Source: a virus
Direction: 5' to 3' (one strand)
IMG/VR virus record: IMGVR_UViG_3300009082_000016
Span: 64,001-128,000 of that record
Length of the DNA stretch: 64,000 nt
Position numbers and translations under genes: made by a program
Notes under the pieces: model-generated
What the model saw: the letters and a program-made list of their open reading frames with translations, nothing else
What the model was told of the DNA's origin: nothing
Databases searched by the model: none
Shown here: positions 38,729-49,258 of the stretch, in pieces
Position numbering within the stretch: position 1 is the stretch's first letter
How the letters are laid out: every line of letters begins with the position of its first letter

Positions 38729-39700
38729 CTAGACGTCGATCAGCCGCCCCTTCGGCGGCGGCTCGTCCTTCTTTGACTTCTTCGGCTCGTCGGGCTCATC
38801 AGGGTCAGCCAGCAGCATCTTCTTCGCAAAGTCGATGCTGTCAAGCGGCGCCTTCTTCGGCACCGCCGCGGCCTTCACGACCTTCATCACGGCCTTGGTC
38901 GACAGGGACTCCGACGACAGCGAGACCCAGACCTTGTACATCGCCTCGACATTGGGGTCATCGTAGTTGTCGAGATTCACGCCGTCCTCCAAGCACGCCT
39001 TGACGAACTCGTCCATCTGGTTCTGGCCCAGAACCCCGCCCTTCTTCTGCGTGACCTTGGCCTTGACCGGACCCGCCGTCTGCAACACCGCGTTCACCAC
39101 GTCGGACGGCACCAGGATGGGGTCGTCCTTGATCGCCCCCCAGATGTTCAGCATCGCGAGTTTCTGGCTCGTGGAGTACAGCTGGAGCTTGATCCCGTTC
39201 TCCTTGCAGAAGCCGGCGAACGTGGTGCTGTCCTGCTGCCCGGTGACCGCCTCGATGACCGATTTCGCGCTGGCAGAGGGCATCTTGTACTTGGCTGCGT
39301 GCTTCAGGTAGATGTCCCGCATCCAGGTGGGCAACTCGCCGACGCCTAGCATGCTGGCGACCGTCGTGGGGAGGTCCGTCGCAGCCGCCCGGGCTTGATC
39401 CCAGTTGATCAGCTCCTCCAGGCACAGCGTCACCAGGGGCGGGCGCTGACTCGGCGCTATCCACTGCTTCCAGAACTCGGCCTCCGTCAGCACAATGGAC
39501 TCCCGCTTCTTGGCCGCGGTCAGCTTCGCGGCGCCCGGCTTGCGCCCCACGATGAGCAGGCTCGAGGTCGACCGCGGCTTGTCGTCCAGGTACGAGTCAT
39601 GGAGCTTCAGGAACCTGCCCATCATCTCGCGGGGGAAGATGAGCGTGCCGGTGATGCAGACGCTTCGCCCCGAGAGGGCCGTGATGGCTTGCCCGGGCAT
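38729..39700 (-). CDS. BRCT-domain protein
   Basis: LSGRSVCITGTL...LLIVGRKPGAAKLTAAKK...VLTEAEFW (LigA-type BRCT). Confidence 0.8.
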   Translation of the reverse strand: MPGQAITALSGRSVCITGTLIFPREMMGRFLKLHDSYLDDKPRSTSSLLIVGRKPGAAKLTAAKKRESIVLTEAEFWKQWIAPSQRPPLVTLCLEELINWDQARAAATDLPTTVASMLGVGELPTWMRDIYLKHAAKYKMPSASAKSVIEAVTGQQDSTTFAGFCKENGIKLQLYSTSQKLAMLNIWGAIKDDPILVPSDVVNAVLQTAGPVKAKVTQKKGGVLGQNQMDEFVKACLEDGVNLDNYDDPNVEAMYKVWVSLSSESLSTKAVMKVVKAAAVPKKAPLDSIDFAKKMLLADPDEPDEPKKSKKDEPPPKGRLIDV

Positions 39701-39969
39701 TTCTTCCTCCTTTCTTTCAGGGCGTCGATGGCCCGTGTGCAGAGGTAGTTGCGACAGATGGACGGCCGCTTGTTCCTGGGAAGAAGGCAGCCGCCCTCAC
39801 GAAGGAACAGGCACTCGGGCCTGTTCCAAGCCTCCTCGATCGTGCCCGTCCAACCCGCCTCGGTCTGCTCGCGCAGCTTCCGGCCGTACTCGAGGATGTC
39901 CTCCTTGAACAGGAAGACCCACTCGTCGTGCTTGCAGCACTCGCCGCAGCGGAATGGGCAGACCGGCAT
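39622..39969 (-). CDS. YkgJ-like Cys-cluster (Zn/Fe-chelating) protein
   Basis: CPFRCGECC...CLFL...GC...RPSICRNYLC. Confidence 0.7.
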   Translation of the reverse strand: MPVCPFRCGECCKHDEWVFLFKEDILEYGRKLREQTEAGWTGTIEEAWNRPECLFLREGGCLLPRNKRPSICRNYLCTRAIDALKERRKKCPGKPSRPSRGEASASPARSSSPAR

Positions 39970-39982
39970 CGGTACCGAAACC

Positions 39983-40492
39983 CTAGCGGTCGGACGATAG
40001 CAAGTCGGTGACGGTGATCTGTACGAACAGGTACTTGCGGGGGTCCGTCTCTCCCGACACCCAGCAGATCATCGTCTTCGCCCGCTGCTGGCAGAGGAAG
40101 TTGTCCGCGTCCGGCACGGCTACAGTGCCGACGTTCATCGGACTGCGCCGGATGGCCTTGAGCATCTCGATGCCCACGAAGTCGGCGGCCAACTCCCCCT
40201 CGGGCGACTCCGGTCCCGCCTGCGTGGCCTTTCCGACCTGACGCCAGTGGCCGCTGCGGAAAACCGCGCTGGAGGACATGAAAGTCTCCGGACCGCTCCG
40301 GCTCGTCGTCAGGAGCACGCCCGAAGCGACGGCCTCCACCGGCGCCGGGCACGTCGGGCAGACCTCGCACACCGGGCACGCCGGGCAGGTCGGGCACTCC
40401 GGGCAGGTCTCGCACACCTTCTCGGGCGGGCAATCCTTCGAGCAACCCGCGAACGTCACGAGCAGCACGAACAGCACCATGAATCGCGTCAT
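39983..40492 (-). CDS. Lipoprotein with CPxC repeats
   Basis: FAGC lipobox; CETCPECPTCPACPVCEVCPTCP. Confidence 0.75.
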   Translation of the reverse strand: MTRFMVLFVLLVTFAGCSKDCPPEKVCETCPECPTCPACPVCEVCPTCPAPVEAVASGVLLTTSRSGPETFMSSSAVFRSGHWRQVGKATQAGPESPEGELAADFVGIEMLKAIRRSPMNVGTVAVPDADNFLCQQRAKTMICWVSGETDPRKYLFVQITVTDLLSSDR

Positions 40493-40510
40493 TTTTTCCT
40501 CCTCCCAGCC

Positions 40511-40951
40511 CTACGCGGGCTCCGGGGCTGCCTTCGACTCCGGCAGACTGTAGCCGACGAACTTGATCTGTGTCTCGGAGAACTCGAGCTCCACGAACGT
40601 CCGGCCGGCGTTCTTGCCCAGCCAGTCCTTGCAGGTCAGAAGGCTGAGCCGCTCGGCGAAGTCGTCGCCACCCACAAGCTCGCGGGCGGTCCCGTGCCAA
40701 TCGGCATCCTTCTTCGGGTCCGTGCCTTGCGCTTGCGCGACGAACGAGCGGGCGTTCTTCTTGTCCTTCGTCTCCGGGTCTTCGAGCAGCCGCGGCTCGC
40801 CCGACGACATCAGGTAGATGCCATCGTCGTGGACCAGGAACAGCCCCGGCTTCCCCTTCTTCTCGCCGTACCCGCAGCGGTGCTTCTTCGACTTCTCGGC
40901 GTGCTCGATCAGCTTCTGGACCTGGGCGCGGTAGAACTTCAGGATGCTCAT
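40511..40951 (-). CDS. DUF3085-like protein
   Basis: LFLVHDDGIYLMS...AQGTDP...W...VGGDDFAE. Confidence 0.8.
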   Translation of the reverse strand: MSILKFYRAQVQKLIEHAEKSKKHRCGYGEKKGKPGLFLVHDDGIYLMSSGEPRLLEDPETKDKKNARSFVAQAQGTDPKKDADWHGTARELVGGDDFAERLSLLTCKDWLGKNAGRTFVELEFSETQIKFVGYSLPESKAAPEPA

Positions 40952-41057
40952 CCCTTCTCCTCCTTCTTCTGCTGCTCACGGGACATCGTGATGAACCGGG
41001 ACATCACCCGCTTCGCCGCCTCGTACAGCGGCTTGGACATGGCCTTGAGGACGATCT

Positions 41058-41255
41058 TCACGGCGTCACCACAGCCCTGGCATGGCAGTAGGCGCACGTC
41101 CAGGTGTTGCCGGCGTCAGGGCCGTGAACCGTCTCGAGGCACTCGTTCCCGCTCTCCAGGTAGTTGCCCGCGGCGTCCACGGTCCATTCGTGCAGCTCGT
41201 GGACGACCGTCCGGAACTTGTCGTGGTCGGGGTTGTTGGGGCAGACGGCCTTCAT
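41058..41255 (-). CDS. Small Zn-binding protein
   Basis: CPNNPDH...WTCAYC. Confidence 0.55.
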   Translation of the reverse strand: MKAVCPNNPDHDKFRTVVHELHEWTVDAAGNYLESGNECLETVHGPDAGNTWTCAYCHARAVVTP

Positions 41256-41797
41256 CAGTTCACCCCATCCGGATTGTTCTTCTTGGTTACGTCCGTCAGC
41301 TCCGCCAGCTTCGCCGCCTTCGCCGCCTCGAACAGCGTCTGGCCGATCGTCTTCAGCCGCGACGACTGGTCGTAGAGGTCGACCAGCACCTCGTGGACGT
41401 GGGCGATCAGATCGTGCATCAACACCGGGCCGTGGATGCGGACCATCGTGCGGACCAGGGTGAGCGCGAAGCTGAGCATGCGATCGGGATTCGCCTCCAG
41501 CAGGGAGAGCGCCCACTGCTCGACCTTCGGCTCGCCCAGGAACATGGTGAGCACCATCCCGTACTCCTTCCGGTTCATCGATTCGAGCATCCACGGCGGT
41601 GCCATCGCCATGCTCACGATCGAGATACCGCCGTTGGCGTCCAGGAACTGCTGGGTCGCTGCCTTCTCGGCGTCCGGAAGATCTCTCAGCTGCTTGATGA
41701 CCGAATCGAGCCGCACGTTGTTGTCCAACAACGTGCCCAACAGCTGGACGAGGAGGATCCGCGCCCGCTCCGACAGCTGCTTCATCTCATCGCCCAC
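41255..41797 (-). CDS. Hypothetical protein
   Basis: 180 aa, helical. Confidence 0.6.
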   Translation of the reverse strand: MGDEMKQLSERARILLVQLLGTLLDNNVRLDSVIKQLRDLPDAEKAATQQFLDANGGISIVSMAMAPPWMLESMNRKEYGMVLTMFLGEPKVEQWALSLLEANPDRMLSFALTLVRTMVRIHGPVLMHDLIAHVHEVLVDLYDQSSRLKTIGQTLFEAAKAAKLAELTDVTKKNNPDGVN

Positions 41798-41983
41798 CAG
41801 GGTTCCCCTTTCCGGGCTGTTTGGGCCCGAGGTTGAGAATACGGATGCGCGGGAAGTCCGAAAGCGGTCCGGGAGACGGGAAGATTCCCAGCAGGCGCAT
41901 GTCGTCCAGCAGCTGAAAGCAGTCCTTCAGCCGCAGCGGGAAGCGGTGTTCGTCCACCACGAGTACCAGGCGTGTTCTGCTCA

Positions 41984-42316
41984 TCACGTTCCGCCTTCGA
42001 AGACATGGTAGACCAGCATGGACGGCATCCCCAACAGCGGACCGATGTTCGGATCCGACGGGGTGAAGAACGTGCCGATGTACCGGCCGAGCTCGTAGTC
42101 GACCTTCCACCCGGTCCCCACGACCCGGAACGTCCGCTTCTCCCTGAGAGGATGCGGCTCGCCGGCGGCATCGAGAGGGATGAGCGCCCAGAGGCACGCC
42201 TCGCCGGTCACGAAGCTGACCGTCAGCGGGTCCGCCCCCCTGGGCATCTCGATCTGGCACAGGCCCCGGTCATCCGGCGAAGGCCTGAGCGGGTACTTCC
42301 AGACCGCATTCTTCAT
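41984..42316 (-). CDS. Conserved phage protein
   Basis: VWKYPL...IEMPRGA...LWAL...FRVVGTG...YIGT...LVYHVFE, a pattern recurrent in phage proteins. Confidence 0.7.
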   Translation of the reverse strand: MKNAVWKYPLRPSPDDRGLCQIEMPRGADPLTVSFVTGEACLWALIPLDAAGEPHPLREKRTFRVVGTGWKVDYELGRYIGTFFTPSDPNIGPLLGMPSMLVYHVFEGGT

Positions 42317-42502
42317 CTGTCACCTCCTCCTTGGCTGGTAGCTGCAGGAGCTCAGCAGTACTAACACCAGCGTCAGCATCTTCGTCACGGCCCACCGTCC
42401 CTTCCCCGGTCGCAGCCCAGCAGCCTGTACTCCATCGCCGCGTTGCACTCCGGACACTCGGCGCACTTGCAGATCTCCGGTGCCGTTCCCTGCGCCTCCC
42501 AA

Positions 42503-42817
42503 TCACAGCTTCTTCCCCTTCGGCGGGGTGACCTTCCCGCCCAGCGCCTCGATGATCTGCTGCGACCGCACGCGCAACCACCGCAGGCACACCGCGCGTG
42601 CCCCGCGCATGGTGCGCCGGAAGCCGCCAGGCCCGCCCGCGATGTCGAAGTGGAACGTCTCCGGCTGCCCGGTCGACGGAACCCCGCGCAGGCGCGTGAT
42701 CTTGGCAAGCCACTCCGTATCGCGGGGCCACGGCCGGCGCGGGAAGACCAGTTCGAGCCGGGAGCGCCACGGCTTCCCGTCGTCATCCAGGTCGTCCTTC
42801 CAACGGAGGGTGCTCAC
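42503..42817 (-). CDS. Hypothetical protein
   Basis: 104 aa, tightly packed. Confidence 0.5.
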   Translation of the reverse strand: MSTLRWKDDLDDDGKPWRSRLELVFPRRPWPRDTEWLAKITRLRGVPSTGQPETFHFDIAGGPGGFRRTMRGARAVCLRWLRVRSQQIIEALGGKVTPPKGKKL

Positions 42818-43233
42818 GATCGCTCCTTCACCACGTCCGCGATCATCATCACGAAGTTCGCCACGTCGGCGGCCTCCTCGATGACATCCGCGGCGAGCCG
42901 GCGGATCCTGTCCCCCGAGCAGAAGTCCCTCTTCGCCATCCAGCTGTCCAGCGCATTTCGCAGCTCAACCAGCTCCTCGTGCGCCCGGCCCAGCAGCCAC
43001 CACGTGCTGCAAGTCTTCCAGCCGCCCTTCTCGTTGTTCTCGCGGAGCTTCCGCTCCATGATCTTCGCGAACTCGAGCACCTCGGGGCGCAGCGCGTCTT
43101 CGACCCAACAGCCGTCGGCGGACTCCTCCTCCTGCCACCGCTTCGTATTCTCCCGGATGTCGGAGACGATCCTGGCGGCCTCAGAGTCGGCGTACTCCAG
43201 CTTCGGGTAGTCGAACACCACCAGTACCTTCAT
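42814..43233 (-). CDS. MazG-like / all-alpha NTP pyrophosphohydrolase family protein
   Basis: AHEELVEL...VIEEAADVANFVMMIAD. Confidence 0.65.
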   Translation of the reverse strand: MKVLVVFDYPKLEYADSEAARIVSDIRENTKRWQEEESADGCWVEDALRPEVLEFAKIMERKLRENNEKGGWKTCSTWWLLGRAHEELVELRNALDSWMAKRDFCSGDRIRRLAADVIEEAADVANFVMMIADVVKERS

Positions 43234-43598
43234 CGCTTCCTCCTCACGACAAGAGCCGCCGCAGCTGCTCCTGCGCCTCTTCGATCAGCTTCCGCGCACC
43301 ATCGAGCAATGCCTGCGGGGCGCTCAGCTCCACGAAGCGGGCAAGACGTCCCTCCCGCACCTCCAGCAGCCAACGCCACCGCTCTTCGAAAGTCTCGCAC
43401 GAGGGCTCGCACTGCTTGAGGCAGTCCAGGCACGGACCAGGGCAGGGGCCGGCCCGGTCGAGGTAGTCGTAACCAACCTCGCTGGTCTTCATGCTGGCTT
43501 CCGCTTCCGCCAACGGGTCACGACCCAGTCCGCGGCCAGAAAGATGGTGAACAGGGCACCGAACCCCAGGGCGGTCAGCACACGGACCTGCGATGTCG

Positions 43599-44093
43599 TC
43601 ATCCCACGGGCTCCTTCACCAAGATCGCACCGTTCCAGTCGCCTGACGGGTAGTGGTACGGTCCGATCTGCACCGGGTGGCCACCGAGGAGCACCACGTC
43701 ACCCTCGCGCAGGAACGGAGAATCGTGGTGATCTGCTCGCGCCTGGTCGCCTTCCTGCTTCCCCGCCTCGGGCTCCACGCCCCTGGCGTGGCCCTCCAAC
43801 ACCTCAACGCGGGCGGCGAGGTCCGTGACGCGCTTCGCCATGCGGTCAACCTCGGCCGTCGCGTTCGCACACAACGCCTCGTGGCGCTCCACCTCTGCGG
43901 CGAGCGGCGAACCGGAGACGATGGTGGCAAACGGGCAGTCCTCGCCGTGCTTGTGCCAGCAGTTCGGTGGCGCCTCCAGGTCACCAGTCAGCACAAACAC
44001 CATTCCGCAATAGGAGTACCCGCTGCGCTTGCTGTCGCTCCCCGCCGGGCACCCCGCGTGACACTTGCCGTTCTCATCGGCCTTCCAGGTCAT
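43599..44093 (-). CDS. Hypothetical protein
   Basis: MTWKAD start, GAGGAG SD. Confidence 0.5.
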   Translation of the reverse strand: MTWKADENGKCHAGCPAGSDSKRSGYSYCGMVFVLTGDLEAPPNCWHKHGEDCPFATIVSGSPLAAEVERHEALCANATAEVDRMAKRVTDLAARVEVLEGHARGVEPEAGKQEGDQARADHHDSPFLREGDVVLLGGHPVQIGPYHYPSGDWNGAILVKEPVG

Positions 44094-44309
44094 CTCCTCT
44101 CCTCGCTTTCCCCGCATCCTCGCCACTCCAGGCGCACGACGGGTCGAACGGCCACCTCCTTGAGGTTCCTGATCTTGTCGTTGCCGTAGGGCCGCCGGCA
44201 GCTTCCCCTTCGGCACCGTCATCTGCCGGGCGCCGCGAGAAGTGCAGGTGGAAGTCCCAGCCCCATGCACCCTCCACGCGCCCCGGATCCTCGCCCCAAC
44301 GCCAGCGCA

Positions 44310-44882
44310 TCACTTCCTCCCGCGTCGGAGCAGCTCGATCAGGATGCCCGCGATGTTCCAGGCGTCGTCTCCGCCCCGGTGGTGCGTACCCTCCAGCGGC
44401 AGGCCCAGGCGCTTGAGCGCCTCGTCCATTCCGACTTCCCGGTCCCACCCGAGCATCAGCGCACACAGGTTCTTCACGTTGATGTGCCGGGGGCCGAACG
44501 GATACTCCGCCCCCCACTTCGACTTGGCCTTGGTATGCCACGTCTGCTTGTCGAACATCTTGCGGTCGTAGTCACCGTAGCTGGCCCAGGTGATGTTCTT
44601 CGATCCGAGCGCACGCAGGTCGTTGCAGACGGCAGCGAACGGGCCACCATCGCGGTCGAGCAGCTCCTGCGTCAGCGTCGTCAGCTTCGTGCAGAACGGA
44701 CTGACCTTCGACACGACAGGCTTGACGAGGTAGGTGCCGTGTACCTCCGGCTTCAGGTCTGACGTACGCAGGACGCAGAACCCGACCTCGATGATCTCGC
44801 TCTCCTGACCGGACGGTGGATCACCCTCCCAGCAGGTGGATTCCACGTCCACGACCAGCACCCGGTTCAGCTTGATCGGCAT
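44310..44882 (-). CDS. DEDDh 3'-5' exonuclease (ERI-1/KapD-like)
   Basis: VVDVESTCW...EIIEVG, FCTKLT, WASYGDYD, HHRGGDDA. Confidence 0.9.
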   Translation of the reverse strand: MPIKLNRVLVVDVESTCWEGDPPSGQESEIIEVGFCVLRTSDLKPEVHGTYLVKPVVSKVSPFCTKLTTLTQELLDRDGGPFAAVCNDLRALGSKNITWASYGDYDRKMFDKQTWHTKAKSKWGAEYPFGPRHINVKNLCALMLGWDREVGMDEALKRLGLPLEGTHHRGGDDAWNIAGILIELLRRGRK

Positions 44883-45122
44883 CAGAACTCCATCACCTGC
44901 TCCAGCACGCGATCGACAGCTCGTCCAGGGTGTTCGCCATCCGCCGCAGGTCCTTCGACGAGAGGACACAGCCGAGACCCTGGTCCAGGGCCAGGTGCCC
45001 GTCGGTCAACTCGCCGCGGACGTCACCGATGAACGCCTTCGCCTTCTCCCGGCTGTCCGCCACGACGTAGTCCAGGAAGAGTTCGTCGTCGCTCGAATCC
45101 GCCGAGACCACGAGGTACTTCT

Positions 45123-45461
45123 TCACCGATCCTCCAGGAAACCCCAATAGAAGCGGGGCCAGTGCTGGAACGTCAGCGTCCCCCGCTTGCCATCCGAGCG
45201 CCGGCGCACAACGACGTAGGGGGCCATGAACCCCTCGACCTCGAAATCGCGCTGCATCTCGGTGACGTCCCAGACCTGGTCGTGCTCCTTCTCGAGCGCC
45301 TCCCGCTGGGCCTGCTTCGCGTTGATCTCGTCGACCGCCTTCATCCGGGCGTCCTCCGAGGTGTCCTGCCCCGTGCTGACGGGGTCCGGGTTGAAGTTGA
45401 TGACCTCCACGTTGGGGCCGAACACCTTCTTCAGCTGTTCTCCGAGCTTGCTGTTGTTCAT
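45123..45461 (-). CDS. Conserved phage hypothetical protein
   Basis: DFEVEGFMAPYVVVRRRSDGKRGTLTFQHWPRFY. Confidence 0.6.
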   Translation of the reverse strand: MNNSKLGEQLKKVFGPNVEVINFNPDPVSTGQDTSEDARMKAVDEINAKQAQREALEKEHDQVWDVTEMQRDFEVEGFMAPYVVVRRRSDGKRGTLTFQHWPRFYWGFLEDR

Positions 45462-45787
45462 CCCTTCCTCCCTTGGGGGGTGCCGGTGTGGCGCCCCTTC
45501 AACGACGCGAAGTACTTGCCTGCCTTGTTGACCGCCGTCTCCAAGTGCCGACATGCTCTCTCCCCCCAGCGAATCCGCTCCGCCAGGCGCTCCTTTCGCG
45601 GCACCTCCACGTCGGACCAGGGCGGCAGCGTGTTCAGGGCCTTCTGCGCCCGGATGCCGTCCAGCACGCCGACCGCCTGATCGGCCATCTCCTGCAGGAT
45701 CAGCCGTAGGAAAACGAGGTCGGTTTCGGGGGAAGTCGGAAGAGGCAGCTCCGCAATGTTGGGGGGGTCATCGTCGTCCCGCATCAC
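45458..45787 (-). CDS. Hypothetical protein
   Basis: Tightly packed, 4-bp overlaps. Confidence 0.5.
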   Translation of the reverse strand: MMRDDDDPPNIAELPLPTSPETDLVFLRLILQEMADQAVGVLDGIRAQKALNTLPPWSDVEVPRKERLAERIRWGERACRHLETAVNKAGKYFASLKGRHTGTPQGRKG

Positions 45788-46285
45788 GTCTCCTCGTCCA
45801 GGGGCAGGATGGCGTAGTTGGCCACGAAGGCCACTTCCCGTTTCGCTCGCTCGAGCTGCTGGATCACCTTGGACTGGGCCTTCATGAACATGATCCGATG
45901 GTTGCTCTCGACGACTTCCACCGTCTCCAGGTACCAGGTGTGGTCCATGCGACCAACGGCGATCTCCACCCGCCGCTTCCGGCCGCGCATCAACCCGCCT
46001 TCACCTTCCGGTGGGACTTCTTGACACCACCCTTCGGCTTCACCGGAATCCTGGCCACGTGTCGGAAACGCTTGTAGCTCGTCTCGATACGCCACCGCGT
46101 CCTTGTCCCGACCTTCCCGTAGGGCTGGAGCGGGTCGGGAACGACGCACGACGCCTCGCCATGGTCGGCATCCTCTTCACCAGACCCACTCGCACCCCAG
46201 CAGAACGCCTTGAGCGGCACGCCGTTGTACCAGTGCTTCTTGCGCCCGCATACGGGGCAAGGACCGATCACGTCGTCGTACTTCT

Positions 46286-46507
46286 TCATCCCGTCTCCTT
46301 CTTGCCCTTCTCCTGGAACGCACCGACCGTGCCGGCGTGGTTGCATTCCTGGCAGATGATGCCGGACTTGTCGTCCCACTCGACCTCGTGGAACTCATCC
46401 GCCCCGTCGTCGTGGAAGTTGAACCACGCCACGCCGCGGATACGGAAGTACTTCTCCTGCCCGCATTCGGGGCAGCGGATTCCTGCCAGGCAGTTGGTGT
46501 TCGGCAT
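46286..46507 (-). CDS. Zinc-ribbon protein
   Basis: CPECGQ...CQECNH. Confidence 0.6.
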   Translation of the reverse strand: MPNTNCLAGIRCPECGQEKYFRIRGVAWFNFHDDGADEFHEVEWDDKSGIICQECNHAGTVGAFQEKGKKETG

Positions 46508-46638
46508 CAGCCCTCCTCCACGCTAGAACCGCCATCCATTGCGGACGCAGTTTTCAAGATGCTTCACCTGCGCGTTGAGGATCTCCACGCGGGCAGACAG
46601 ACACAACACGCCGACCCCCAGCAGGATGACGGCCAGCG

Positions 46639-47247
46639 TCACGGCTTGCCCTCCACCGGGAACAGCGCGTCAGTCGCATCCGGCCACGTCTGATCGCACA
46701 CCTTGCGCGGCGTGTTCCATGCACACTGGTCGCCCTCACCGTAGATGCTCGTTCCGTTCGAGGCACGTTCGCAGCAATAGAGAACGCGGGCTTCGTCGAG
46801 CTCACGCATCGTGGCCTTGCACTTCGTCTCCCACTCCATCGAGGCGTTCGACCTGAGAACGCAGAGTTGCCGCGATTGCGAAAGATCGGCTTCCGCCTTC
46901 TGACGCAGCGTTTCTTCGATGCACAGTTTCTCGTGATCTTCTCTGAGCGATGCGGACAACTCGTCGCGCTCACGCTCGGCCTTCTCGGCGCGGGCAGTGG
47001 CGGCGTGGTACTCGTTGCGGAACGTGTCCCTGTAGCTCCGCATCTCGTCCCTCTCGGCAAACGCACCGAGCGCCTCTTGCTCGATGCCGGCGAGCCGCGA
47101 CACCTCGGCACGGAGGGCTTCGCAGGTGTCACACAGGTCCGCCACCGACACTGGCAACACCGCACCGCCAGCGCCTAGCGCGTTGCACGACACGTTGCCC
47201 ATCATGTTGCGGGCTGCTCGCACGAGTTCTTTCGTCAGCGTGGTCAC
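46639..47247 (-). CDS. Coiled-coil hypothetical protein
   Basis: ATARAEKAERERDEL heptads. Confidence 0.55.
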   Translation of the reverse strand: MTTLTKELVRAARNMMGNVSCNALGAGGAVLPVSVADLCDTCEALRAEVSRLAGIEQEALGAFAERDEMRSYRDTFRNEYHAATARAEKAERERDELSASLREDHEKLCIEETLRQKAEADLSQSRQLCVLRSNASMEWETKCKATMRELDEARVLYCCERASNGTSIYGEGDQCAWNTPRKVCDQTWPDATDALFPVEGKP

Positions 47248-48337
47248 CAGTCCATCTCCTCTTCCATCTCCACGACCTCCTCCACGATCTCTTCCTCGTC
47301 GTCCTCGATTCTGGTCCAACCGTATGCGTACACAGGCCACCCGCTGAAGAACACCCAGGTCATGAACTCGCCATTCCACGCGCCGGCCACGCTCGTCACC
47401 ATACCAAGCCACGTCAGCACCCAGAACGACACCGATCTTGCCAGCGCACTACCGAAGACCCAAGTCGGCAGCGTCATCGGGCCACCCGCAACTGCTTGCA
47501 GTCCGCCGCGCTCTCTGCCGCATCTTTGTCCCCGAACATTGCATTGTAGTTCAGCCAGTCGCAGTAGTGATCCTTCCACGTTGCGATGTTCGGATCGACC
47601 AGAACGCAGACAGGGCATGTCGCCCAGCCAGCCTCCCCGCTCCATTCGTGACCGCACGCACGGCAGCGATACCGCGCAGCCATTTTCACTTCGCCACCTT
47701 GGTTCGTTCCTTCGTCAGCGCGGTCATCGGCCCTACCCCTTCTCTCCCAGGTCCCGCCGGATGACAATCCGCTCCAGCCGATGGCAGGGCTTGCAGCGGA
47801 CGTAGTACGCCCGCCCCACGAGCGTCTTCCGCTTGTACTCGCAGCTCAGGCACCACTTCGTGCCCGTGAGCAGGACGCAGTCGCCGGTGTCCTTGAACAG
47901 CGGGCACTTCGTCGAGCAGTGCCGGTCACCCAGCGTCCGGATCCGAACCCCGTCGATCAGCCGGTTCCGCGCTCTCGTCGAGGGAGATCTCCCCATACTG
48001 GAGCGCGAGGAAATGGTAGTCGCACGACCGGCAGAACGCCCCCCTCTCGGTGATGTACGTTTCATGTCCCGTCTCCCTTCGATGCTGAGCGGCATCTTCC
48101 TTCGCGTCCCGCAGGCTGCCGAAGTCAGTGCCCATCAGACCTCGGACCCCACGCCGCCCTGGCGCTTCGACCCGGACTCAGGCACGACCACGGTCTGCAA
48201 CTGCGGCTCCGGCGGCACGGGGAGCCTTCCCGTACCGCCACATCGCGGGCAGACCGTCATCGACAGGACATCGTCACCCGACTCGTCCTCCAGCTTCCCT
48301 GCCCCGTCACAGATGTCGCAAGTCACCCAGTACTGGC

Positions 48338-48856
48338 TCACGGTTCCCTCCTGCAGGCCCTCTCGGCCTTGGCATTCTGGATCGCACGCTCCCACCCCCG
48401 GCGCCGGCCGATGTGCGGCGGGTCCGCGTAGTACCCCAGCTTCTCCTCCTTCGCCGTGAGCAACGCCCACTCCGCGTAGCGCGGATCGCCCTTCCCGATC
48501 ATCAGCTCCTTGCGGTGAAGGATGCTGGGGTTCTCCTGGGCCTCGCGGTGGAACTTCTTCCTCCCCGTCGCCAGGTTGTAGATCGTCGAGTGCAACAGGG
48601 CCGGGTGGGAGTGGTCGACAAACCGCGGGTACCACAGGAAGCTGACGATCGGCTGGTGCAGGTGGATCTTCAGCACGTTCCAAGGCGGGCTTGGCTCGGG
48701 CAGCGCCAGCTTCAACGCCCCCGTCACGTAGAACCGCAACTCGGTGGGCAGCCGCGGGATCGACAGCCGGTGGACGTAGAGCGCGTTGCCCGTGCTCTTC
48801 CCCACCTCGGACCGCCGGGATGCGGCCCGGAGGGCAGCCAGGTCGAGGTGTGCCAT
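48338..48856 (-). CDS. Stand-alone domain resembling part of DNA phosphorothioation-associated putative methyltransferases
   Basis: VGK...ALYVH...VSFLWYPRF...HPAL...NPSILHRKE...EEKLG...IG...W; no SAM-binding motif. Confidence 0.7.
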   Translation of the reverse strand: MAHLDLAALRAASRRSEVGKSTGNALYVHRLSIPRLPTELRFYVTGALKLALPEPSPPWNVLKIHLHQPIVSFLWYPRFVDHSHPALLHSTIYNLATGRKKFHREAQENPSILHRKELMIGKGDPRYAEWALLTAKEEKLGYYADPPHIGRRRGWERAIQNAKAERACRREP

Positions 48857-48859
48857 CCG

Positions 48860-49258
48860 CTACTTCTCCGGAAGCTCGAGCCAGCGATGGCAGTGGTTCT
48901 CGACCCAGGTCTCAAACAGGTACCGTTGTGGATCGTCCACCCCGGGCCAGCCCCACGAGGTGATCTCGGCCAGCCGCTTCTCGAGCGACTGGATCTCGTT
49001 CGAGTGCCGGGACATCTCGAGGTGGAAGAACCGGGTCAGCACCTGCCGCTGACCGTTCTCCTGCATTGAGTCCAACCGCTTCAGGTCGTCCACGATGCCC
49101 ACGATGTCCCGCCGATGGGCGCGGATCTGGTGGCGGCACAGCCAGTACTCCAACGCCCGCGGGATCCAATCGGCCATCGTCTGGTCCAGCGGGACACGCC
49201 CGGCAGCCTCACGGACCAGCTCAGCGTAGCGAATCGTCTTCCGTGGCTTCGTGCTCAC
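48860..49258 (-). CDS. Hypothetical protein
   Basis: 132 aa, tightly packed. Confidence 0.55.
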   Translation of the reverse strand: MSTKPRKTIRYAELVREAAGRVPLDQTMADWIPRALEYWLCRHQIRAHRRDIVGIVDDLKRLDSMQENGQRQVLTRFFHLEMSRHSNEIQSLEKRLAEITSWGWPGVDDPQRYLFETWVENHCHRWLELPEK

